A stretch of DNA of 63,895 bases, filler included, from Actinomycetota bacterium (GCA_009886115.1; 4 parts of 4 records of this genome joined end to end with filler, not necessarily neighbours in it); one strand, 5' to 3'; positions 19,106 to 29,381 are shown, counted from the first letter of the whole stretch. A program made the numbers and translations. The notes: a model not told the origin generated them from the sequence alone.

Positions 19106-20527
19106 ATGGCCCGGATCGTCATGGTGGGTGGGGGGATCGTCGGCAGCATCACGGCAATGGTGCTGGCGGGCGATGGGCATTCGGTGACGGTGCTCGAGCG
19201 TGATCCACAGCCGCCTCCACCGAAGCCGGGAGCACCAGCCTGGACGGACTGGGAGCGCCGGGGCGTCAACCAGTTCCGCCAGATCCACTACTTCCACGCC
19301 CGGTTTCGTCAGATCGTCGAGGCGGAGCTCCCAGCGCTGATTCCTGCCCTGCTCGACGTGGGAGCCCTTCGCTGGAACGTGATCGAGAGCATCCCCGAGT
19401 CGTTCACCGGGGGACATCGATCCGGCGACGAGCGGTTCAGCATCGTGACGGGGCGACGACCTGTGATGGAGTCGGTCGTGGCCACCATGAGCCAAGCCAG
19501 CGACGGGGTGACCGTCCGCCGGGGCGTGGGTGTCAAGGGATTGCTGACGAGCGACAGGACGTACGACGGCGTGGTCCACGTGACCGGGGTGGTGACCGAC
19601 ACCGGCGAGGAGGTCGAGGCCGATCTGGTCGTCGACTCGGGCGGCCGCCGCACCTCGGCGCCGACGTGGCTGCGAGCGATCGGGTCGCCTGGTCCCAGGG
19701 AGGACATCGCCGACTCCGGGTTCGTCTACTACGGCCGTCACTACCGCTCGGTCGACGGCTCGGTCCCCCCGCCCTTCGGCGGGCTCCTTCAGCCGTATGG
19801 CTCGGTGTCGACGCTCACCTTGCCGGCCGACAACGGCACGTGGGGCTTGGGCATCATCGCCAGCGGCAAGGACTCGGCGCTGCGGGCCCTGAGCGACAAC
19901 GACACCTGGGAGCGGTTGTGGCGCTCGTTCCCGTTGGTGGCCCATTGGATCGACGCCGAGCCGATCACCGACGTGGCCGTGATGGCCAAGATCGAGGATC
20001 GCGAACGCACCTACGTCGTCGACGGTGTGCCTGTGGCGACGGGCATCGCGCCGTTGGCCGATGCCTGGGCGTGCACGAACCCGTCGCTCGGACGCGGCAT
20101 CACCATCGGCACGATGCACGGCGTCGTGCTCCGCGACTCGCTACGAGATGTCTCGGCAGGCGACCCCAGGGAACTGGTGCTCCGGTGGCACGAGCTCACC
20201 GAGGCCAAGATCCGCCCGTACGTGACCGACACGCTCAGCTTCGACCGTCACCGGTTGGCCGAGGTCGAGGCGACGATCGACGGCCGCCCGTACGAGACCG
20301 ATGATCCGAGCTGGCTGCTCGGGAGGGCCCTGGCGACGGCTGCGCACAAGGATGCGGACCTGCTCCGCGGGATGCTCGACGTGATCTCGTTGCTCGAGCG
20401 CGGCGCCGATGTCCTCGGCCGCCCGGGCCTCGCGGCCCGGGCCATCGAGCTGGCCGACGACACCCCGGCCCCCGGACCCGACCGCCACGAGTTGCTGGCC
20501 ACGGTCGGTGACCGGGTAAACGGGTGA
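19106..20527 (+). CDS. FAD-dependent oxidoreductase
   Basis: IVMVGGGIVG, VTVLERD, DLVVDSGGR, DAWACTNPSLGRG; GGAGG RBS. Confidence 0.85.
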   Translation: MARIVMVGGGIVGSITAMVLAGDGHSVTVLERDPQPPPPKPGAPAWTDWERRGVNQFRQIHYFHARFRQIVEAELPALIPALLDVGALRWNVIESIPESFTGGHRSGDERFSIVTGRRPVMESVVATMSQASDGVTVRRGVGVKGLLTSDRTYDGVVHVTGVVTDTGEEVEADLVVDSGGRRTSAPTWLRAIGSPGPREDIADSGFVYYGRHYRSVDGSVPPPFGGLLQPYGSVSTLTLPADNGTWGLGIIASGKDSALRALSDNDTWERLWRSFPLVAHWIDAEPITDVAVMAKIEDRERTYVVDGVPVATGIAPLADAWACTNPSLGRGITIGTMHGVVLRDSLRDVSAGDPRELVLRWHELTEAKIRPYVTDTLSFDRHRLAEVEATIDGRPYETDDPSWLLGRALATAAHKDADLLRGMLDVISLLERGADVLGRPGLAARAIELADDTPAPGPDRHELLATVGDRVNG

Positions 20528-20587
20528 CCGGGTAAACGGGGTAACTGGGTGACCGAACAACCGAACAACCGGGTGACCGAGTGACCG
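20506..20587. repeat. Degenerate 8-bp tandem repeat (CGGGTGAC/CGGGTAAA/CGAACAAC)
   Basis: About 10 units spanning the stop codon and the intergenic region. Confidence 0.75.
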
Positions 20588-20604
20588 CACGATGTGAGGC
20601 GACG

Positions 20605-21438
20605 ATGAACGAGACGACCATGAAGCGCATACCCGTCAACGGAATCGAGATGGCCTTCAGGGACGAGGGCGCGGCCGATGATCCTGCCGTGGTGCTCCTG
20701 CACGGGTTCCCCGACACGCACCGCCTGTGGCATCGCCAGATCCCAGCCTTGGTGGACGCCGGGTACCGGGTGATCGCTCCCGACCAAAGAGGGTTCGGTG
20801 CCACCAGCCGACCTGCCGGAGTCGACAGCTACTCGATCGTGCACCTCGTCGGGGACGTGCTCGGGCTCCTCGACGGGCTCGACATCGAGCGAGCGCACGT
20901 CGTCGGTCACGATTGGGGCGCTGCCGTGGCCTGGGTCACCGCCGCGCTCGCTCCCGAGCGGGTCAACCACCTCGTTGCCCTGTCGGTGGGCCATCCCACA
21001 TCGTTCGGATCGGCCGGCCTCGCGCAGCGTGAGAAGTCGTGGTACATGCTGTTGTTCCAGTTCGAGGAGATCGCCGAGCGTTGGCTCTCGGCCGACGATT
21101 TCGCCAACTTCCGGGCGTGGGGTGGTCATCCCGATGTGGAGGCAATCGTCGCTGAGATGTCGGCTCCCGGAGCGCTGACGGCGGGCCTCAACTGGTATCG
21201 CGCCAACGTTCCGCCGTCGGCTCTGGTCGAGCTCCCCATCGTGCTCCCGCCCGTGCAGGCGGCGACGATGGGCATCTGGAGCACCGGCGACCCCCACCTG
21301 CTCGAGCCCCAGATGCTCGGCTCGGCCGAGCACGTGGCGGGGGCCTGGCGGTACGAACGTCTGGAGGACGCCGGCCACTGGATGCAGCTCGACGCCCCCG
21401 AGACGCTCAACGCGCTCCTGGTGGAATTCTTGCCCTGA
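20605..21438 (+). CDS. Alpha/beta hydrolase (epoxide hydrolase-like)
   Basis: HGFP, GHDWGA (Asp nucleophile), LNWYRA, GHWMQ. Confidence 0.88.
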   Translation: MNETTMKRIPVNGIEMAFRDEGAADDPAVVLLHGFPDTHRLWHRQIPALVDAGYRVIAPDQRGFGATSRPAGVDSYSIVHLVGDVLGLLDGLDIERAHVVGHDWGAAVAWVTAALAPERVNHLVALSVGHPTSFGSAGLAQREKSWYMLLFQFEEIAERWLSADDFANFRAWGGHPDVEAIVAEMSAPGALTAGLNWYRANVPPSALVELPIVLPPVQAATMGIWSTGDPHLLEPQMLGSAEHVAGAWRYERLEDAGHWMQLDAPETLNALLVEFLP

Positions 21439-21658
21439 TCATCACCCGGCATCCTCTCCGTAGAGGCGCGTCAGGTCGACGGGCTCGACATTCGTGCGCG
21501 CGGCCGGATCGGCGACGAGAGCCAGCTGCGCCCGACCAAAGAGAGGCTGGTCGAGGTTGGCGGGCCGTTGGATTGTCATATGCATACAGGCATACGACAT
21601 TCGAGCATATGAGAAGCCTGGCGCCGAGACGGGCGCGGGAGCGGAGCCCAGCAGTCGA

Positions 21659-22915
21659 TCAGCTGGCGAGGGCCGGACGGATGCGGTACTGGACGGGGAG
21701 GGTCTTGAGGCCCACCACGAAGCTCGACGCGATCTGGGTCGGGGGAGCGGTGTACTCGAGCGACTCGACCCGGGCGCCGAGCTCGGCCACGAGCGCGTGC
21801 ATGCTGGCCCGAGCGAGGTGGGCGCCCAGGCAGAAGTGCTCGGCCCATCCGAAGCCGAGATGGCGGTTGGGGTGCCGGGCCACGTCGAACGTGGCCGGAG
21901 CGTCGAACACGTCCTCGTCGCGGTTGGCCGACGCGTAGAACAGCACCAGCCGGTCACCCTCCTTGATGGTCTGACCCCCCATCTCGGTGTCGCACAAGGC
22001 CGTACGCTTCATGTAGTTGACCGGTGTCGTGTAGCGCACGATCTCTTCGACGGCCGACCGGGTGAGCTCGGGGTTCGCTGCCAAACGCCCGAGCTGCTCG
22101 GGGTGGTCGACGAACGCAGCCAGGGCCCCTGAGAGCGCGTTCCGGGTGGTGTCGTGGCCGGCGCTGAACACGATGAGGTAGTAGCCGAAGGTCTCCAGGG
22201 GCCCCATCGGTTCGCCACTCGGGAGCATGGCGTTGGCCAGCAGCGAGGCCAAGTCCTGACGGGGATGGGCCCGCCGGTCGTTGATGATCCGATCGAACAG
22301 CATGTAGAACTCCATGCCCAGTTCGGCCGTCGCGGTGGCGCGGTCTTCCCCCTTGCGCTGGATGTCGGGGTCGTCGCCAGCGAAGAGTTGCTGGGTCAGC
22401 TCCAGCACCCGCTCCTCGTCGTCGCGGTCGATCCCGAGGATGGTCGCCAGCACCCGCAGCGGGTGGCGTTGCGCGATCCGCTCGATGAAGTCGCACTCGC
22501 CTTCCTCGCCCAACGAGTCGACGAGGGCCCGGGCGCTGGTGGCCACGATCTCGTCGAGCTGGCCGATGCCCTTCGGGGTGAAGAACCCGCTGGCCAGCTT
22601 CCGGTACAGCCGATGATCGGGCGGGTCCATCTCGATGATCGTGCGCATGTCGCGCAGCGGGTTGTCGCCGCGCGCCATCGCAGCGGCCTGCTCGTCGTTG
22701 AGGAGCACGATGCCGCCGGCATTCGAGAACACCTCGGGCTGGCCGGCGATCGTCATGATGTCGTGATGACGGGTGATCGCCCAGAAGGGCTCGAAGCCGG
22801 GGGGCTCGCTCCAGTGGATCGGATCGTCACGCCGGAGCTCGGCCCAGGCTGCGTGCGGCGGGCCCGATCGTCCGTACCGCTTGGGGGAGATGAGATCGAG
22901 AGCGTCAACGGTCAT
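21659..22915 (-). CDS. Cytochrome P450
   Basis: AGHDTT I-helix, EEIVR (ExxR), FGWAEHFCLG heme motif. Confidence 0.95.
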   Translation of the reverse strand: MTVDALDLISPKRYGRSGPPHAAWAELRRDDPIHWSEPPGFEPFWAITRHHDIMTIAGQPEVFSNAGGIVLLNDEQAAAMARGDNPLRDMRTIIEMDPPDHRLYRKLASGFFTPKGIGQLDEIVATSARALVDSLGEEGECDFIERIAQRHPLRVLATILGIDRDDEERVLELTQQLFAGDDPDIQRKGEDRATATAELGMEFYMLFDRIINDRRAHPRQDLASLLANAMLPSGEPMGPLETFGYYLIVFSAGHDTTRNALSGALAAFVDHPEQLGRLAANPELTRSAVEEIVRYTTPVNYMKRTALCDTEMGGQTIKEGDRLVLFYASANRDEDVFDAPATFDVARHPNRHLGFGWAEHFCLGAHLARASMHALVAELGARVESLEYTAPPTQIASSFVVGLKTLPVQYRIRPALAS

Positions 22916-23026
22916 GGGCGAGAGTGTGTCAGAGGCCGGCCTCCCGGCTCCAGCACCTGTCGCTGAACCGCACAGGTTCCCGTTGAGCGACAGGTGCTGG
23001 ACTCCTTGGGGAGGACGGACCGACCG

Positions 23027-24550
23027 TCACCCGATGAGCTCAGCTGCCCGTTCGCCGATGGCGATGGCGGTGAGGTTGGTGGTGGCACGAGGGATCGTGG
23101 GTGCGATCGACAGGTCGGCGACGCGGAGGCCGTCGAGTCCGTGCACGCGCAGGAGGTGGTCGACGACGTTCGCCCCGTCCGATGCCGGGCCCATCCGGCA
23201 CGTTCCCGCCGGGTGATACCAGGGTGCGCAGATCGACTGCGCGTAGGCGCCGAGCGCGTCGTCGCTGTCCCAGGCGTCGGGAGCGAGCAGCGCGAAGCCG
23301 GTCATCCGATCGCGCATCGGCGCCGACTCGGCGATCTCCCGCAAGAGACGCAGACCGGAGACCAACCGGCGTACGTCGTCGGGATCGCCGCACAGGTTCA
23401 GGTCGATGACGGGTGCGGCGTCGGCTGCCGCGCTCCGCAACGTGACCGACCCTCGGGCGGCCGGGAGGAACACGCCACAGGTGAGGGCGAAGATCACGTC
23501 GACCCCCACCAGTCTCCGGAAGTCGGGGGCGCCCCGCAGGTCCCAGTGGCTCATCATCCCCAGCAACAGGTCGTTGCGATGCGGGCTCGCGGGCGCGGTC
23601 GTCCGGGCGCCGAGCTGGAACTGCACCTCCGACAGGTCGCACGCCCCCTCGGCCGGGATCACGAACAAGAAGGCGCCCGGGTGCTCGGCCAGGTTCGCTC
23701 CAACCCCGGGGAGGTCGATCGCGACCGTGATGCCCAAGTCCGCCAAGGCATCGGCGGGTCCGATCCCCGACCGCCACAGGAGCGCCGGGCTCTGGATGGC
23801 CCCGGCGCACACGACCACCTCGCCGGCCTCGTAGCGGACGGGCACTCGGTCGACGATCGCGTCGACCCCCACGGCCCGCCCCGAACGCACGACCACTCGG
23901 TCGACGAGCGCGTCGCCGAGGATCGTGAGGTTGCGTCGGCCGATGGCAGGGCGCAGGTACCCGAGGTTCGTCGACACCCGAAGGCCGTCGCGGCGGTTCA
24001 TGGGGAAGGGACCCACCCCACTCGACACACCGTCGTTGTGGTCGGCGATCGAGGCCAGCCCGGCGGCCACGCAACCGTCGTGGAAGGCCTGCTGCTGTGC
24101 CGTGTACTCGGCCGGCGCGTAGCGGGCCACAGGGATCGGACCACCGGCGCCGTGGACGGGCGACGGTCCGAGGGGATCGTCCTCGAGCCGCTTGAGGCAG
24201 GGCAGCACGTCGTTCCAGGCCCAGCCCGGGTTTCCCGCCGCAGCCCACGAGTCGAGATCGTCGGGCAGAGGTCGTATGGCCAAGGCGCTATTGACCGCGG
24301 AGCCGCCTCCGAGGGCCCGTCCCTGCGGGTAGTCGAGGAGCCGACCCGGAGTCGCCTGGGCTTGGAGGCCCCAGTCGCTCGGGGTCTGGGTAAACGTCAC
24401 GTTCGAGAGCATGTCGGCGGCGGGATCGCGCTCGGCCGGCCCGGCTTCGAGCAGCAGCACCCGCCGGGTCGGGTCTTCCGACACGCGCGCCGCCAATGCG
24501 GCCCCCGCTGCGCCCGCCCCCACCACGATCACGTCGAACCGTTCACTCAT
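23027..24550 (-). CDS. GMC (glucose-methanol-choline) oxidoreductase
   Basis: GAGAAG, GGGSAVN, LWRSGIG, YHPAGTCRMG, TNLTAIAIGE. Confidence 0.92.
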   Translation of the reverse strand: MSERFDVIVVGAGAAGAALAARVSEDPTRRVLLLEAGPAERDPAADMLSNVTFTQTPSDWGLQAQATPGRLLDYPQGRALGGGSAVNSALAIRPLPDDLDSWAAAGNPGWAWNDVLPCLKRLEDDPLGPSPVHGAGGPIPVARYAPAEYTAQQQAFHDGCVAAGLASIADHNDGVSSGVGPFPMNRRDGLRVSTNLGYLRPAIGRRNLTILGDALVDRVVVRSGRAVGVDAIVDRVPVRYEAGEVVVCAGAIQSPALLWRSGIGPADALADLGITVAIDLPGVGANLAEHPGAFLFVIPAEGACDLSEVQFQLGARTTAPASPHRNDLLLGMMSHWDLRGAPDFRRLVGVDVIFALTCGVFLPAARGSVTLRSAAADAAPVIDLNLCGDPDDVRRLVSGLRLLREIAESAPMRDRMTGFALLAPDAWDSDDALGAYAQSICAPWYHPAGTCRMGPASDGANVVDHLLRVHGLDGLRVADLSIAPTIPRATTNLTAIAIGERAAELIG

Positions 24551-26840
24551 GACGTCTCCCTCCGTCTCTCCCAACCGTTCGTTCGAGCACGACGTTGCTC
24601 CAGGCGTCGACCTCCGCGCTCCACCCGGCGGGAACGACGATCGTGGTGTCGGAACCGTCGACGAGTGCCGGGCCCGGCAGATGGTCACCGGGCCGCAGCG
24701 CCCGCCACGCGAAGACGGGAACGGGCGCCAGGACGGCCCGCTCGGCGAGGTATGCGTTGCGAGTGCCGGTCGGGACGGCCCGTGTACGCGGGCCGGGCTC
24801 GACCCGGGCCGCGACGACGCCGGCGCCGGGACGGGTGACCCGCACGCGGAACGTGACCAGCTCGCTCGGCAGGTCGAGGTCGATGCCGTACGCCTGTCGG
24901 TACCCGGCGCGAAATCGCGTCGTGACCTCCTCGATGGTCTGCGAGGTCACGGGTCCACCCGGCATGTCGACGGGGAGCTGGTGGGCCTGGCCCACGAAGC
25001 GCATCTCGACCGTGCGGGCGAGCACGACCCCGCCTCCCGAGCCGACACCGCCAGCGTCGACGCCGATGTCGACGCCAACACCGAGGTCGAGGCGGGCTCG
25101 GTCCTCGAGCGCGAGCAGCAGATCGGCTACGGCGTCGGGTCGGGCTCGGGCGTCGTCGGCCGCGATGACCCGGGTCTGCACATGCACCACGCTCGGATCA
25201 GATGCCACCAGGCCGACGGCTGCGGCGACCCCGGCGGCATACGGCACAACGACGCGTTCGATCCCGAAGGTGTCGGCCAGACGCGCTATGTGCATCGGGC
25301 CGGCGCCGCCGAAGCCGATCATCGTGAAGTCGCGGGGGTCGATGCCGCGCTGCACCGTGACCACCCTGATCGCCGCGGCCATGGTGGCGTTGATGATCTC
25401 GTGCACGGCCCACGCCGCGGCGACCACGGCGAGACCCAGCGGACGGGCCAGTGTCGAATCGATCGCGACCGTCGCCGCATCCACGGAGAGCCGCACGCCA
25501 TCGGCGATCTCGGGGGCCAGGAACCCCAGCACCAGGTTGGCGTCGGTGACGGTGGGATCGCTCCCGCCGAGGCCGTAGCAGGCCGGCCCGGGAACGGCTC
25601 CGGCCGAACGGGGACCGACGCTCAGGGCGCCGACGCCGTCGAGCCAAGCGATGCTCCCTCCACCTGCACCCACCTCCGCCAGGTCGACGGTGGGTACCTT
25701 CAACGGCAAGCCCGTACCAGCGCGGCGATGCCCGTAGCTCCCCGATCCGCCGACCTGGAAGTCGTGGGTGATGGCAGGGCGACCGTCACGGACGATCCCG
25801 GCCTTGGCCGTCGTGCCACCCATGTCGAACGAGAGCAGGTCGGAGGCTCCCGTCAGTCGCCCGACGTGGGCCGCGGCCATGATGCCGGCGGCCCCTCCCG
25901 ACTCGAGCGTGGAGACCGGGCGCGACGCCGCGACAGACGCGCTCATCACGCCGCCAGCCGAGTCGATGACCTCCACCGGGCAGGTGATCCCCAACTCCTG
26001 CAACGTCTCGGACAACCCGTTGAGGTAGGCCGACATCACGGGGGCCACGTAGGCCGACAGCACAGTGGTCATCGCCCGCTCGAACTCGCGCAGCTCGGGC
26101 CAGATGTCGCTCGACACCGCCACCGTGACCGACGACGGCAGGACCGCGCGCAGCGCCTCGGCCACGGCCTGCTCGTGCGCCGCGTTGGCGTAGGAGTTCA
26201 CCAGGCACACGGCAACAGCCTCGGGCCTGGCCGCAGCCACGAGCGAAGCGACACGGACCGCTTCCACGGGGGTCAACGGCCGCAGGGCCGAGCCGTCGGC
26301 CCGCACGCGCTCGAGGACCTCGAACGTGAGCTCGTGCTCGACGGGCGGCACGGGCTTCTCGAAGAACAGGTCGTAGCGCTCGCCGTCGACGCGTGCCTCG
26401 CGCCCGAGCCGCACCATGTCACCGAAGCCCGCCGTGGTGACGAACGCCACCCGGGCGCCTTGGCGTTGCAGGATGACGTTGGTGGCCAGGGTCGTGCCGT
26501 GCACGAAGCGGGTGACGGACGCCGGCTCCGACCCGGCGCCGGCGAGCGCCGCCGCCACGCCCGAGCGCAGACCCCGGCGCGGATCGTCGGGCGTCGTCAG
26601 CACCTTGTGGACGTGGATCGTCCCGACGGTCGAGGCCACCACGACGTCGGTGAAGGTACCGCCGATGTCGACGCCGACGACGACCCCGCTCGAAACGCCA
26701 GACGCCCCACCGGCAGCAACACCGGCAACCACGTCGGCAGCCTCGTCGCCTGCATCGTCGGCTCCACTGGCCGGCTCGCCAGGCGCGGCCGCCACCACAC
26801 CGAGCCCGGCTCCGGCTTCGGTGACGATCGGGTCGGTCAC
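24543..26840 (-). CDS. Hydantoinase/oxoprolinase subunit A (ATP-binding)
   Basis: DIGGTFTD, HGTTLATN, DMGGTTAK, GAGGGS, GFGGAG. Confidence 0.92.
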   Translation of the reverse strand: MTDPIVTEAGAGLGVVAAAPGEPASGADDAGDEAADVVAGVAAGGASGVSSGVVVGVDIGGTFTDVVVASTVGTIHVHKVLTTPDDPRRGLRSGVAAALAGAGSEPASVTRFVHGTTLATNVILQRQGARVAFVTTAGFGDMVRLGREARVDGERYDLFFEKPVPPVEHELTFEVLERVRADGSALRPLTPVEAVRVASLVAAARPEAVAVCLVNSYANAAHEQAVAEALRAVLPSSVTVAVSSDIWPELREFERAMTTVLSAYVAPVMSAYLNGLSETLQELGITCPVEVIDSAGGVMSASVAASRPVSTLESGGAAGIMAAAHVGRLTGASDLLSFDMGGTTAKAGIVRDGRPAITHDFQVGGSGSYGHRRAGTGLPLKVPTVDLAEVGAGGGSIAWLDGVGALSVGPRSAGAVPGPACYGLGGSDPTVTDANLVLGFLAPEIADGVRLSVDAATVAIDSTLARPLGLAVVAAAWAVHEIINATMAAAIRVVTVQRGIDPRDFTMIGFGGAGPMHIARLADTFGIERVVVPYAAGVAAAVGLVASDPSVVHVQTRVIAADDARARPDAVADLLLALEDRARLDLGVGVDIGVDAGGVGSGGGVVLARTVEMRFVGQAHQLPVDMPGGPVTSQTIEEVTTRFRAGYRQAYGIDLDLPSELVTFRVRVTRPGAGVVAARVEPGPRTRAVPTGTRNAYLAERAVLAPVPVFAWRALRPGDHLPGPALVDGSDTTIVVPAGWSAEVDAWSNVVLERTVGRDGGRRHE

Positions 26841-28600
26841 GCCCCGTACTCCTGCTCGGCCGCCCGGGCGCTCACACGGCCCGAGCGCACGTCGGCGGCG
26901 AGCGACTCACGATCGCGTTCGGCCGGATCGCCGAGCCCGCCACCACCGCTGGTGCGCACGATGAAGCGATCGCCGGGAGCCAGGGGGACGCCCACGGCCT
27001 TCACCGAAAGGGTTTCGACGGTGCCGTCGACTCGCTGCACCTGCCAGGCGCCGGGAGCCCCGGGCCGGCCACCGTCGCGTCCCGGCGGGGGAACGGCGAT
27101 GCGGTCGCCGCGCACGGTGACGGTCGCCGGACCGTCGAGCGCGATGACGATCTCGATGCCCAGCCCGCCCCGGAACCGACCCGCTCCCCCCGAGTCGGGG
27201 ATCAGCGCCATCCGCTCGACGACGAACGGGAACTGCGCCTCCAGCGGTTCGAGCTGCGACAACCCGGCGCGGCCTCCGAGCGTGAAGGCACCGGTGGCGT
27301 CGGGTCCGTCGATCCCCCAGCGGCCGCCGAGGCCCCCGAAGTCGAACCCCATGTGCATCCACGGCGCCGTCGCGACCTGCGACGCTGACGCTCCGTGAGG
27401 AACGGGACGGACGCCGGCGAGCGACCACAGGTGGACGATTCCGCTCCCGGCAACGGACCGACCGGGCAACGCGCTCGACAGAGCTTCGATGATCGCCTCG
27501 ATGACCGCGGTCACGACCACGATGCGGCCCCCGCAGGCCGCGGGCCGAGCCGGGTTCACCAGGCTGCCCGCCGGCATGACGATCGTCACGGGGGCGAAAC
27601 AGCCCTCGTTCATCGGCAGATCGGGGTCGAGGAAGCACCGGAGGGCGAAGATCACGCCCGAGATGGTCTGCGAGAACGAGGAGTTGATCGACCCGCGAGC
27701 CTGCGGTCCGGTACCCCCCAGGTCGACCACGACCCCTCCCGCCCCGTCGGGCCCGTCGAGGACCAACCGCACCCGAACGTCGTGGGTCCGACCGGCTTCG
27801 ACACCGTCACCATCGATCAGGAACCCACCCCGGTACTCGCCAGGCGGAAGGGTCCGCAGGCCCTGACGGACGAGCGCCTCGGTGTCGGCCAGCCAACGGT
27901 CGATCTCGGCCGTCAGCACGGCCACGCCGTATCGGGCCATGAGCTCCTCGACCCGGCGGGCCAGCACATGACTCCCGGCCACGAGGGCCCGCACGTCGCC
28001 CACGACCTTGTCGGGCGCGCGGCTGTTGGCTTCGATGATCCGCCAGACCGCACGGACCTCGTGCCCGGCCTCGAGCAACGCCACGGGCGGCAGCATCAGG
28101 CCTTCGGCGAACGTGTCGGTGGCCGTGGCCGCCACGCCGCCGGCAGCCACCCCGCCCACGTCGGCCACATGGATGAGCGTGCCCGCGAACCACAGCACCG
28201 TCCGATCGACATCGGCGTCGGGCTCCGCAACGGGCGCGAAGACCGGCCGGAAGATCACGAGGTCGTTGGCGTGGATACCGCCTCGGAACTGGTCGTTCAT
28301 CACGTACACGTCGCCGGGCGCCATGTGCGCCACGGGCACGTCCTCGAGCAGCGCCGGGAGACAGGCCCGCAACGAGGCCGCGTGCATGATCGTCGTGCCC
28401 TGTGACTGGGCGACGAGGCTGCCGTCGGCCCCGAGCAGCGCAGCCGCGGCATCGGCGCCCTCCTGGATGAACGACGAGTATGCCGCCTTGACGACGACGA
28501 TCCCGGCCTCGGCGGCGGCCACCGTGAGCGCCGAACGGATCACCTGGGTGGTCACCGGGTCGGGCCCGGTCGCCGGGCGCGCTCCGTCGGGGGCTCTCAC
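26837..28600 (-). CDS. Hydantoinase B/oxoprolinase subunit (start approximate)
   Basis: GIHAND, HVADVGG, DSGGAGRFRGG, SGGGGLGDP. Confidence 0.9.
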   Translation of the reverse strand: MRAPDGARPATGPDPVTTQVIRSALTVAAAEAGIVVVKAAYSSFIQEGADAAAALLGADGSLVAQSQGTTIMHAASLRACLPALLEDVPVAHMAPGDVYVMNDQFRGGIHANDLVIFRPVFAPVAEPDADVDRTVLWFAGTLIHVADVGGVAAGGVAATATDTFAEGLMLPPVALLEAGHEVRAVWRIIEANSRAPDKVVGDVRALVAGSHVLARRVEELMARYGVAVLTAEIDRWLADTEALVRQGLRTLPPGEYRGGFLIDGDGVEAGRTHDVRVRLVLDGPDGAGGVVVDLGGTGPQARGSINSSFSQTISGVIFALRCFLDPDLPMNEGCFAPVTIVMPAGSLVNPARPAACGGRIVVVTAVIEAIIEALSSALPGRSVAGSGIVHLWSLAGVRPVPHGASASQVATAPWMHMGFDFGGLGGRWGIDGPDATGAFTLGGRAGLSQLEPLEAQFPFVVERMALIPDSGGAGRFRGGLGIEIVIALDGPATVTVRGDRIAVPPPGRDGGRPGAPGAWQVQRVDGTVETLSVKAVGVPLAPGDRFIVRTSGGGGLGDPAERDRESLAADVRSGRVSARAAEQEYGA

Positions 28601-28702
28601 GACCCCACCATCCGAGCACGGGGGAAGGCGTCCCACACCCGTTGGGCGCCCCGGACGAACCGGCGGTCCACCCGTCGAGGCACCGGCATCTCCATCACAT
28701 TC

Positions 28703-28787
28703 CCAGACGTTGTCACGAGCGCTGTCCAGACGTTGTCACGAACGTTGTCACGAACCGTGTCACGAACCGTCTCACGAACCGTCCACG
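28703..28787. repeat. About 7 degenerate 11-12-bp tandem units (AACGTTGTCACG/AACCGTGTCACG) in a divergent intergenic region
   Basis: Directly visible. Confidence 0.8.
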
Positions 28788-28939
28788 GCGGCGGACGCTA
28801 TCGGGAGCCCCGCGAGCGTGCCCGGGGACATCCCCCTCGGGCCCCGGGACGGTTGCGGTGCTTCCCCGATGGCGTCGGCCGGCTGTCGTCGTACAACTAC
28901 CACGTCATAGAAAGCCCGCAGCCCGAGGAGGTGCTGACG

Positions 28940-29284
28940 ATGTTCTCGAACACCCGCCACCACGAAGCGTCAACCGAAGTGTTCCCCACCCTCGTCAACT
29001 GCCTCTGGGCAGCCACGTCGGCCGATGCGCTCGTTTCCCGAGACCGTTGCGTCGACGAGTTCCTCGATCTCTACGGCGCCACCGCCAACACGGCCGTCCG
29101 TCGTGAGATCGAGGTCTTCATCGGCCGGATCTCGGCCCGGTCACTGATCTCCACCTCCGAGATCCGTGACGTGCTCGCCGAGATCTGCGCCGCAGCCGGG
29201 GTCGAGAGCGCCTTCGAGCACCTCGTCCTGTTCACCACCGATCCGTCAGCCCGGGTCGACCACGCCCGGCCCCAGGCGGCGTGA
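28940..29284 (+). CDS. Small hypothetical protein
   Basis: GAGGAGG RBS, host-like codon usage, helical-looking sequence. Confidence 0.7.
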   Translation: MFSNTRHHEASTEVFPTLVNCLWAATSADALVSRDRCVDEFLDLYGATANTAVRREIEVFIGRISARSLISTSEIRDVLAEICAAAGVESAFEHLVLFTTDPSARVDHARPQAA

Positions 29285-29285
29285 C

Positions 29286-29381
29286 GTGGATCACCTCCCC
29301 CGCAGCCACCAACGCCAGGCCCGCACCACGGCCCTCATGGTCTTCGGCCTGGCGTTGGTGGTCGCACTGATCTCGGCGTGC
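29286..29381 (+). CDS. N-terminus of a probable lipoprotein, truncated by the contig end
   Basis: GTG start, hydrophobic ALMVFGLALVVALISAC ending in a lipobox-like Cys. Confidence 0.5.

Noticed and set aside
14059..24550. Mycofactocin cluster (MftD-like oxidase, MftG-like GMC)
   Set aside because: No mftA precursor, MftB or radical SAM MftC is visible, and the two genes are not adjacent
24411..27398. 995-aa plus-strand ORF and other long shadow ORFs (e.g. 22994-24838, 35252-37687, 53030-54892)
   Set aside because: Antisense to well-supported genes, no family motifs; expected in high-GC DNA
20506..28787. CRISPR interpretation of the repeats at 20506-20587 and 28703-28787
   Set aside because: Units are 8-12 bp, contiguous, with no unique spacers and no cas genes
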